Origin: Amphiscolops sp. MND2022 | Taxonomy: Eukaryota | Assembly (NCBI GenBank): GCA_964187785.1 | Contig: OZ076409.1 | Span: 67,458,001 to 67,518,000 of the forward strand | Reading direction: 5' to 3' | DNA: 60,000 bases | Shown: positions 14,001 to 26,000 of the stretch, one piece after another | Layout of the letters: each line of letters begins with the position of its first letter | Position numbering within the stretch: position 1 is the stretch's first letter | The notes under the pieces: model-generated | Database searches by the model: none | The model's input: the letters and a program-made list of their open reading frames with translations, nothing else | Told to the model about the DNA's origin: nothing | Made by a program: the position numbers and the translations under genes

Positions 14001-17000
14001 ATAAATGTTTGTTATATATATTGCACATAGCAATAAATATAACGATTGGTCAACCTTCAAAAAACTCTACAGTATTAAAAGCTATAAATGTTAGTTAATA
14101 TTGCATGAATCTATCGTAAACGTTCACAACCAATACATATATCAAAGGCCCTATTTACATACATCAAAGGCCCAGAGTAGAATAAATATCTTATGTACGT
14201 CCTGGAATTCTAATAGGTAGGAAGCGTTTTTGATATATGCATTGTTTGTGATCTTTTTAAAATCATTTCATGCAAAAGGAACTGAAGTTTTTCCAATGCT
14301 ATTTTTTTGAGGTTGAATTTGGTCATTGACTATATTTATTATACCCGGTGTTGAAATGTAACATCTCGTACCTGGTCTTAGTCAGTTTTCAAATACAATC
14401 ACAAAAAAGAGGATTGGAAAAACTGTTATCTGCAAAAAACCGATTTTAGAGCCGCATAAAATATTGTTCGGCGGTGAATTTACCGAACTAATTAAGATTT
14501 ACGGTTCGCTGGATTTATGGAAGGGGCGAATCCAAGTCAAAATTTGGCAGGCGACTTTCGTTATTTTGTCAGACAAAAATAAGAGCCTGGAAATATCTCA
14601 TATTTTGTAGATGACACTTATTTTACATACTTTTTTCAATGCAGCGTGGTATGGATTTTTCATTCGGACACACTGACAAGTAAGTCAATGCATTTGCTCA
14701 AGCATGTTTTTTGTGTGTGTTTCAATGAGCATGTTGTGTTCTGTTAGCTATCGTTCCCTAAGAATTTCCCATTTTTGTTTGTATTTCAGTTGTTTATAAT
14801 TGCCGAATTCGAATCCCCATTGATTTCGGACCCCACCGAAGTTATCAAAACTTGATCTATGTGATCTTGAAAGTTTCAGCTGTTGTAAATGTCTTGCTTT
14901 TTTCTTCTCTCATACCAAAAGTTCGCGGACAGCAATTTCTTTTGAGAGTCCTAGTACGCATATTCTTATCGAAATTCTTGAGCGAAAGCTGGAAGCTCAA
15001 GCGCGTTGTTAATCCAAACTCCCGAACGACCCAATTTGTAATGTTGATTGTCAAGATTCTGCAGAACTTCGCAAAATTTCCAAAAATTTTGAACCCTTCC
15101 AGTGCATTCACGATTTTTTACACAATGATAACACATTTATTTCTTACAACTTTGAAATTGAGACGTGGGACAGAGTATCATTCTGTTTCTGGCTACTATA
15201 AGGAGAATAATCAAACCTCTTTCTCGTTTTAGTCAAATTCTATTGACACGAGAAAAGAATTCAGCATCCAGGTTGTTTGATTTTTATTCTGGTGTTATTT
15301 TTTGCAACGGTTGCGAAAAATTCCATTATTCAAGGATAATAACAGACTTTTTTGACGCTCGCTTTTGATTTCGCTTCGAAGATTTTCATTGACTTTGTTC
15401 GAGATGTTTTTGATGAACACATAAATTTGGATTCAATTCGCGCTGAGTGTTTGCTAAAAAAAATAACCGCAATCAAAAAATGCTTCCTTGTGCTCATTTT
15501 TATCACAGCTACTGCACCTGACCGTTACAATTGAATAAATCAATCATTAATGTAATTCAGAGGTTTGCTCCAAGATATACATGATCCACTGATACTTGCA
15601 GCCATTTCGTAAGCAAATTAAATCAAAACTTTCAATTAACGCAACTGAAAGATCAAGTGTCAAATCCCACGATATAAAGTTGAGAGTGTACCAAGTTTTC
15701 AAATCAAATTAAGTTTCTGTGCCGAATCGTTCGAACATCATTGGAAAAATGATTCAATTTCATGAAAATTCGGAATTTTCAGAGCGCTTCCGGTGAGATT
15801 TCGACGCGGAAAACACCACCTAAAATCTAATCAAATAACTTGAAGTTCTCCGAGGAGCAATCCTTCTAAAACATCGCGAAAACGTTTGTTAATCATTTGA
15901 AGTGTTAATTTTTTCACACGTCCGTTGTCAAAGTATGATTATCTTTTCTTGATTCGAGATGAATAGTTCAAATGAAATTTCATCAGAAATTCACGTCTTA
16001 TTAGTTTCGACAATTCTGTCAGTCCATTAATTTTGCATCTACGTGCACTGGGAAAATCCTTTGGCGTAATCAGCAATTCCTGAAAAGCCAAATGACATTA
16101 CTTAATGGCTTTTGTGTTGACAGGCAACGCATCTGACAAATATATGGAATTAATTTTGAACATAAACCTCATAATGTTGTGATTCTCGTTTGGTCTCTTT
16201 CTACCACCACTGATTCGTTATAGCTCAATGACTTTTGGGGCACACCTGATGACTTATGCTCTGCCAGAACTGAAAGGAAAACTTATCAAATGGGGGGGGG
16301 CTTTAACAATTGAATTCACAGAGGATAAATTGACAAAATTGGTAGATAGATATACCACCTGATATTTGAGTTGATTCCTCAAAATTTCGGGAATAAAGGA
16401 TGCTAATTTTCAAGTATGCTTGTCATTTTTTAATGCATGGTTTAATTGACTTTTTAATTAGCCCCAAAGCATTGATGCCATTGAATCGTATCTGGAGATA
16501 AAACGGAACTTTTGTCGAATTTCTGAAGTGAAATGTCTGAAATGTCTGAAAGTGAACTTCCTAAGCAAAAAGATGATTAAAATTTCCGTATGAAAAGCTG
16601 CAATGTTCAGTCGGACAGTAAATTATTCTTATTTTTGGAAAATACGTCGGAACGATTCATGCATGATAACAAGTCCTGTAATAAACTTTTGGTAAATGAA
16701 GTATTTCGAAATAATTTCAGACCTCTTCCCGACATTCCCACGACGGAAGGGAGCAACCCGAGCCAATAACACCCGATAGCAATCCTGTCGTTCGTAAGAA
16801 AGACACAAATCGGCGACGGGTCAACTCAGTGAATATAATAACCCCAGAAAATAATAATAATAACAACGGAAATAACGGCAACTTAACAACATCCAAACAA
16901 AAAACAGCCAATACAACTCCACCATCAAAGATGCACCATCTCAAGAAGATTGTGAGCAAACGCATGTCAGTGAAAGATCATGAGCGGTCATTCAAAGGCA

Positions 17001-20000
17001 AGGACAATCCAAACGACAACTTATTTCTGTCCCAAACTCAGGTGAGATGTTTATTTTAACACGAAGTGAAAATAATACACTGTCCGTCTTTGACCGTCCG
17101 AAAGACGTGCAGTGTATTATTTTAAACACGTGTTTCGCAAGTGGCGAAGGTATTGCCCTAGATGATATAAAACAAGACGGGAACGTCCCAAGTCGGCGCC
17201 ATATCTAAGGCTCAAAAATATTCAAAGAACAAGTATTGGAAACATTTGGAAATTTTTTTTTCAAAAAAAGTACTTGGTTAAAAAAGTCGCACAATGCCGA
17301 AAAACCCAAATAGAGGTCATTTAGGCTCATTAAACGTTTTTACAAACCTAAAACATCAAAAAATGCAAGGGGATACCCTTTGATAAAATTCGAAAATTTT
17401 CGAAAGAAGTCGCATAGTGCCGAAAAAAAACCCAAAGGGGGGACCTTTTGGTCTCACTTGTACTTTTGGAAGCATAAAAAAATTTATGGTTTAGTGCGAG
17501 AATCGAACCCACGCTCTCCGAGTTCAGAAAATTGGTCGAAGTTGAACAAATGAACAAATTGTAAAAAGTGGACCACTCAAAGTGAGATTGTCAACTGAAA
17601 AAAAACTACTCACTGTAATAGTCGGGCTTTTTTCCTTAAGGGAAAAGGCGCCGACTAAAAATAGATTGTATATAAATTTTTATTTAGATTTGCAAATTTC
17701 ATATAACTACTGACAAGAAGAACCTTCATATTCGTCCGCCTACCAAACGTCCGCTTAGCACCGGGATTATTTCCGCTGTAAATTGCTGCGATATGCATTT
17801 TTTAAAAAAAATTTGTGATACAGCCGCAATTTTTTTCAAGAAAAAACTTTTCATTTGGTGTACCGGATAAAACCTTGAAATATTTCATATTTTCAACATT
17901 AATAATTTAATTACATCTGCATTTTACTAAGCGTAAGAAGGAGAAACATTGATCACCCAATGTCAAAACACCTTATTTATTGATCCAAAACAATTCTCAC
18001 TGATTGTACAACATTCGGGTTCTCTTGAGGAGGAACTTTCTCTTATCAAGTATATCCTGGTACGTCAACTTGCATGCAGTGTTTTTAATACCCCAAGGAG
18101 GTGCTAGCAAGGGTGTACCTACATGGAAGAGTAAGAATGGGTACTGGGTGCTCCCTGTAGAGATCAGGTGTTGCATAGAGACAGGGATATTGAAAAGACC
18201 ACGCCCTGATAAGATAAGATTAATTGTTTGAGCAGCAACTGAAAAAGTGCTTAATGCATCTCACGTGATTGAAAGCTGAACACAATCGATTTTTTCTGAA
18301 GGGTTTCCCCGAGGATTTGTATCCAATTTCCAGCCACTGCTTTTCACTGTGATAGGGGAGAACATGCGAACGTTTGTGCCTGCAATTATTTTATTATACT
18401 CCACATTCATCCAAGATTAGGGCGGGTCTTTTTTACGGTTTTCCCGCTTTTCGACGAATTTGTGTAATTTTATGAAGTGAATATGAATAGTATCAATGTG
18501 AATTTCCGCCAATGCGAGATAGTTTGAAGGACAAGATATAAGTAAATCAGGACAGGGATTTGAAATTTTCATCATTGAAACTGTGCTTAAGTATGGAAAA
18601 GTGAATAATTTGCAGCGCTGTCGAAAGGTTGCGTCGCAATGCACAATGACTGTGACTGATTTTTAGGCATTGCAACTTACCATACAGTGGTAAGAACTGC
18701 AGTGGCTGAGCAGGAATTTTTGGGATCTGCAGTTTTATCATGCGTTCCTTTGGAAACTGTTGTCTTTTGGATTACTGTTTCTTTTGAAAACATGACTTTG
18801 TAGTTGAAAGTTATTTGAAATCGTTTTCATGGTTGAAAAAAATTAAAGTTTGGGGTGTTATGGAAAAGTTTGCACGCAGCAAAAAATTCTTTCAAATCTT
18901 TGAGGGGTAAATCATTCATTGTTTTGAGAAAATATAACTCCTAGCATTGGGCGTAACTGTTAAATTTTTCCTTTTGTCGAGATTCTGTCACCGCGAAAAT
19001 GCAACACAACGGCACACTCAATGCCAATAGAAGCTCCTCAAGCACACTAAAAACACGTGGTGAATTTCGAAAAGAGTTCACGACGTGGAACGTGCTTAGT
19101 TTAAAGAATAATAAAGAAATGTGGAAATTCTGCCTCCAAATACATATAGAGACAAACTTCGACAATTGAAAACGAATGAAATTTTCAATAGTTTTTTCTC
19201 AGCGGGGCCAAGATAACCGACAGCTTTTCAATTGAGAAAAAATAAATGTTTCATCGAAGCACGCATTTTGTCTTTGGTTCGAATCAATTTGCTTAAAGAA
19301 AATATTTTTAAAAAACAATTCTTTTGGTGGTAAATCACGCATAGTTGTCGAACTTATTTTCACTGTTTTCTGAAATGTTTTTGTTTTTACTTGCAAAAAG
19401 CCTCCTAGATACATAACTTCAAATAGAAACTGTAAATTTTAAGCCAGTTAGCTTGAATCGTAAGCATCTCATTTTCATGCTAAAAGCGCACTCGGGTATT
19501 TCCTATGGATTAAAATGTTGGTTCAACTTTCAAACAGTATTCAAGAAAGAATGCAGGCTGAAAGAACCAGCCCTGAATTCCAATAACTTTTTCTCGCTTT
19601 TTCCTTCTTATAGAATTCATCCTGGATCAGTTATACGGAAGAATCGCAAACAAGGCTCCTCCCTGATTTAAACTCATTCTGCCTGATTCACTGCTTACAT
19701 GACGTCACTAGTTATCCCTTGTGGATCGGTCGGTGCGTTCACTCTACCCAGAACACGGCCCACTTACTTAACTGTCGATGTTTTCACGCAGAGATAAAAA
19801 TTCAATTACTAAACTCCTGGCTGTTTCAATCGAACAGTAAAGGGTTGATATAGATTGACCTTTAATGAACGAGAGAAAATAATTCGGAAGTGGTCCAATT
19901 GGAATATCAATTTATCCAAATGGTCCAAATTTCTAACCATGTTCCTCGTTTAGGGCAAAAAATTAAATTCCAAATGTGTTTTTCAGTTCGTTCCTCTTTT

Positions 20001-23000
20001 ACGGCATTTCAATCTAACAATTTTTCATAGCTTTTCATTCTGTCAATCAATTTGAAATTCTTAGAAAAATAATGCCTTATGTAAAGATTAAACCATGTCC
20101 GTGCCATGCATATTATAGATTCCTCCTTTCACCGTTTATTTTTTGGAAACGCGAAAATAATATCCAGACAAATCTGCACCAGACAATATAAAACGTTTTC
20201 TGGCATTTTTTGAAAGATATTACCTCGCATTGTCGAGATTTCTTTTGTGAGCAACCTGACAGATTTCTCGATTGAAATCTAGTTGTAAAGAGACCGTGAA
20301 ACTTCTCTCTTAATACATGTATCATCATTGTCTGAATAATTCACTCACTTTTCAATCAATGAAACATCTGCTACTGGAATCGAGCGTCCGTCAACAATAT
20401 CTCGAATGCTGGGAAAAATTTTGAATGCAAAGACGTTTTTCCCACTTTCAGTAGAGGTATAACAGCTATCTTGAGAAATCGATAACTGTTTTGAATAAAA
20501 ACGTAATGAAGTTATTATGACAAAATGATGAAATTATCACGATCCTCCAATGCGTTTTTCATCGCATTAAAAGTTTTTCATTATACTTCGCAAAGTTTGT
20601 TAAGGGTCGAGTCAGGCGATATGCCCTATTGCAGCAATTTTTTTCTTTTGGTTATTTTCAATACTTTTTCTTCGCCGCATTTGTGACATCTGGCAGTTTT
20701 TGAATATTCTACGATTTGAATAGATAGTCACCGTAACGAACAGCTCTTACATGCATTAACTTTGAGACCTTGGTAGCAAGTGATCAAAATGAAAAATATC
20801 AGACAGGCGCAATTTTAATTATGCAGCACAAGTAAAATGGAGCTACCTAAATGGCCAGTCATTCAAGTCACCCAGGTCGAGAATGCTTGAAATTTTTACA
20901 TGTTGCATGGAAACAGGCAGGCTAATTTTTTTCAAAACCTGGACGATTTCAGGAGCCTGCATGGAAACATTTTGTAGGGTTATAATGCGGCCTCCACTAT
21001 TTGACTTAAAACTGAAAACATTTCCATTTCTCCAACGCTGCGATCATTTTGTTTTCACGCGTAAGTTTCTAAAGTAAGTACTTTATGTAATCATCGTTTG
21101 TCAAATAGCACGCTGAATATGGCACTACTTTGAAACTTATAATGTGACTGAAGTTTGTTTGCTTTAAAATTGCGGTAAAATTGAAGGTCTCAGCTGCTTT
21201 CAAAATTAGAACTACGTCTTAATGAAACCTGTAAATCATTGCAGCGCAGACTTGCCGCGAACTTTAGGATGCATCTTTTAGCAGCTTGAGAAAATTAAAT
21301 CTAATCAAAAAAGTTTTAATGCATGGACGTTTCTTCGAGAATTTTAAAAAATCATGGAAAATTAGCTTGGTAACATTCAAAAACATGTAAAAGTTCAAGC
21401 AGTTCCAACTAGGGCAACAGCACCGTGCCGTTCGTGTTTCATGTTACAGTGAACTATAATTGTCTAGTCTATGTACATCAAATTAATCACTCAAAATCAT
21501 AATACATTGTCGCATTATATTAAGTACGCAATAATTGTTCCACAAACAATTCACTCAAATGAAATAGTTGCAAAACGAGGGTTCTATAAATGTTTGCGTT
21601 TGATGAGATTGGGTGGACTGTAGGCCTTTTCACAAAGACAACACTCCTGGATGTAGGCTGTTGTTTCCATCTCCAAGAGTGACGTCATATATTTTGCCAT
21701 GGCAGGCGGCAGCCTGCGCCAGTCGTTATCTGCAAATTTGACAGTAATTGACAGCTACCGCTTTTGTTAGCATGTTTGTCAAAAATAAAAAAAATACAAG
21801 AAGGCGAATGGTTATTTTCAATCCAATATTGACAGCTTTTATCCCAGTCTTCTTATTAAGGTTTTATTAACTACTGGGAACAGGAACTCAAATATCAGCG
21901 GGACGTTTTTGACTGGGGTGCTTTTGCTTTTGTCTGGGGCGCTTGTGTCTGTTCTGTTTATGAATAGGAATTAATTGAATTCGGTGGCTCGGGTTTTCAA
22001 TCCCCTTAGGTTCGAAAAAATTACACGTAGAAAAGTTTTAAAATTGTGGGCGTTCTTGCGAAACAAATTTTGTAATAAACAGGATAATGATTTCGAAAAG
22101 CTGAGGAAAAATGTTTCATACAGAAAGCAAAAAAAGTTTTTGAAATTTCGCGTCAACCAAGCAATAAAAACTACTGGAACCGTTAATTGGTGCCATTCAA
22201 TGCCATAACTTGTCGAAAAGAGTTTCATTCAATGTCAATTGTTCTAGTAAATTCGGTGCTAAACGTTGTTTTTGCGTATAGCTGATGTCCATTCTAGCTG
22301 TCTGAACGTTCCAAGCTCTCGTAGAAAATAATTTTGAAATAAAATGGGTATCAAGTGTTTGGAAAAAGACCATTAAGACATAATCACAATAGAAACAATA
22401 GGTTTGCGCAGCAGAAACAATACAAGTTCATGAGCTTCGCGGACTTTTCCAACTTCAAATGTGATTTATTCATAATCAGAATCTGAAATGACTGCATTTC
22501 CGCTGAAACTTTTATTGGTACTTCTAAATATTCATTAAAAACATCCATTACGGTCATGCATTTCTTGCATGATTTTGCAACACTATTACATACCTTCCGT
22601 ATTTCCTACATGGAAATATTTTCCCAGGAATGTAATTCAAAATTAAAGTTATGAGTAAAAGAATTATGGTTACCATGCATGTAAATTAGGTGGTAAGTAT
22701 ATGGTTTAGGTGGTAAGTATATGGCAAAGTGTAGTTACAGGAGGGCGTAAGAGAGTTTAATAAAAGCAAATTGGGGAGGAGATTGGAAAGTTGGCTGGTT
22801 TAGTATTAGCTGAGGAAATTTATAACCATTATCCAATTATTGTCAGGAACAAATCTCATTTGTCTCTGGCTCATAGTCAAAGTCCTAAAAATTTAAGATG
22901 AATCCGGATACCTTCGTTATGAGGTACTTCAATGGCCCAGGTAGCATTTGAGGATGCTCACAGGCTCCTAGCATCTTGAAAATGCTATGTCAGCATTTTG

Positions 23001-26000
23001 AAAATGCAAATGTAGCTCTGTCAAAACAAGCATTTTAAATGTGCAGATTGTCGGGAGTTAACCTTAGTTGAGACTGCTGAAACGTTTTACATACTGCAGT
23101 CCTGCATGAAGGGTTACTTTTTATAAAACTTAAAAAGGCAATAGACATCCAGTGGTAAATCATGTGGAATTACACTGCAGTTTCCACTATAGCAAAGAAA
23201 ATTGAGATATTTTCCACTTTATCACCGACACGATAACGTTGTATCAACACTTTCATTTTTCAAGTACTCATCTTATATGATCACCGCTTCTCAAATAGCA
23301 CGCTGAATATGACGCTTGTATGCTGTTCATAATATGACTGAACTTAATTCCCATTAAAAAGGTGGTAAAACTGTTTGCGTCTCTTAAGCAGCTTCATAAA
23401 AGTCCAACACAACAGAGAAGCATTTTCGCCTGAACGTTTCTGTAAAAGTTTGCTGGCAACTCTGAAGAACACGTAAAAAGTTTAAACAAAACAAGTCATT
23501 GCCACGGTAGAAGAAACAAACCGGGAACGGACAAAGTCGCCGCTCTAGGATTCACAAAAATCAAGCTTTTAGTCAGCTCTTTTTGACCTATACCCGAACT
23601 TTCGACGTTATATCCTATCTATATTGCGTTTTATTAAGGAGGATGCGGAGGTTCGAAAACAGGAGTATTTCATGAAAACGTCCTACGCATATTTTAAGAA
23701 CTGCGCTTTTTGAGCCTTAGATATAGCGCCGACATTAGACGTTCCCGTCTTGTTTAAGTATGCAAAGAGATACTATGTGAGAACTGGAAACTGAGAACTG
23801 GAAAAAAACTGATTTGTTTTCACAATTAAAAAAACAACAAAACTCGCCAAACGTTTTTTAGGCCGAAGACATTTATGAAAGAGAAGGGGTACTGTTTGAC
23901 CAAGTTCAATTTTTCAGAAAAAGTCGCACAGTGCCGAAAGAAGTAGATATTTTTCAAAACTCTCAACAGTTTTTTCACAGGACCCAAAAATCATCAAAAA
24001 GGTCGCTTTTAGGACTCCGAAACAATTTTTCACAAAAAATCTCAAAAAAAATTCGTGTAGAAAAAATTTAATTTTTCTTCTGAATATATTTCAAAATTTT
24101 TGAAATTTCTTTGGTAAATAACATGTTGTTGCAAAAACTTGAGGTGGCTCTCTATGCTCGCAAAAATCAAAGTGGCACTTCGATAAAACCGGATAAAAAG
24201 TCGCATAGTGCAGAAAATCTCAAAAAGACACCCTTTGGTCTCACCACTACTTTGCTGGCACAAAAAATTTCGGTTTAGTGCAAGACTCGAACCTACGTAC
24301 ATCGGACCTCAAAGTCCCCAGCACTTTTGACCCTTTTCGTCGGCAGAAGTTAGTTGGTTTAGATGCTTCCTAAATCTCTATTGCTAAATACTTGAGGGTA
24401 TTGCAAAGTATTCCGGTCCTCAGCGGGCGTCTTGTTTTTATTCCGTCTCGAACACAAAAAAAGCAAAACGCCAGACCAGGCATGTTTACCTACGAAGAAA
24501 TTTGGCTTGCTAGCGTATTTACAATCAATAACTGTCATTCATAATCAGTTCATATCAATAGGTGTCAGTCAGACTACGGTTAAATCGAAAGAAAACACAG
24601 AAAAAATTCCAGCAGAGATTGACAACAAAAACAATTCTGTCATTCATTTGCCTGAGTCTGATGGCAATTGAAAATCAAGGAATTAACATTTAGATTACCT
24701 TTTTAATCTCCTGTTTGTAATTGAATTGATCTCTGAAGTAACCTTCTACGCATTCAGTTTGATGTATCAAGCAGTATAAAAAGAATTATTTACATGTAGC
24801 CTTTTGTCGGTTCACTCAGCGGCGTTTGACTTCAAATTGGTCAAAACATTGAATGAACTTCACGTTTGAATGACTTTGAACATCTCATAAAATATCAAAC
24901 ACTATCATTAAAAATCTGACGAAGTCGCATTCAAACGTATTCTTTGTTTTTTTTCTTAAAAGGCTCTTCTGTACTATTGTTTACTTTTTACCGTACTTGA
25001 ATCACTTTTGTATGCTTAAGTAAAAGCGGGGATTTTTTCATGTCAAGTTTTTGCAACTCTCTTGCTCGCCTAATGTACGCATGTACGCTCGGATATTGAT
25101 CGGATTCCATTACATGCTTAAAATTTTAGCATTCCAACATTTCATTGGTTTTTCGTGTTATTTCTAACACGCGCATTTGCACAAGAGCGTTCAACAGTTG
25201 CTTTTAACCTGATCAACTTCAATCAATTTTTGTTAGCACTCAGAAAATCGTGAAAGGGGTAAAAAAAATTATAAGCTACCGTTTTGATCTCTCTCAATTT
25301 AGTGTTTTTGCTTCATCTCAGAATTCACGATAATGGTGGCACAAATACTGGATGAACTAAAGAAACGGAACGCACAAAATATTCACTCTTCAAAATCTTG
25401 ATATTTGTAAAAAAAAGGTCCTGTAATCTTTCAGTTTTTGTCAATCATTTCGATTCAAGCCCTTGTTACGTAATCATTTTTCAAATATTTGCAATTTTGA
25501 GAGCTCGAAAGTTTTTTTCGTTCCATTTTTGGTTCACCTAGTATCTCGAAATTTGCTAAAATTTTCGCGTAAACTTAAGTTATGGACCTTGCTTGCTTTT
25601 TGATGCATTTGAAGAAAGAACGAAGGATGCCATGTTTCTAAAACAGCTGGTCTACAGGACATCAATGGAAAGATTTTAATTAGAATCGATTATTTTTTTT
25701 GCCGGCAGTTTGACTTTTTTGACTTTCCAGCTCGCTTTTCTCCTCTTTGCCTCCAAAAGTGTATTTGCTCCATGGTAAAATGGCGCCGAGCTACGAGCCG
25801 GGCAACGAGCTTACCATAAAACAAAGGCCTTGTCTTGAACCATTGCGCATATAAATAACATGTCATGGTTTGAAGGCAAATTTTGCGTTTATTTTGCCAA
25901 AATGGCCCGACACCTAAAAGATTTGTTGGAATTTGTGATCATTTTTTGAAGTTGGGCTGCAAACATCTCAAGATGAATTTGTGAAAATACATTTTTCCTT

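Noticed and set aside
16246..16290. Hammerhead-like CTGATGA...GAAA (also CTGANGA near 1160, 40100 and 46950)
   Set aside because: Stems I-III cannot be formed around the cores
19614..19852. Phase-0 open frame after a good splice acceptor
   Set aside because: Available donors give phase 1, incompatible with exon 26504; composition unlike the gene
21040..23510. Diverged direct repeat (TCAAATAGCACGCTGAATATG at about 21103 and 23291)
   Set aside because: Real similarity, but no termini or family assignable; ordinary old intronic repeat
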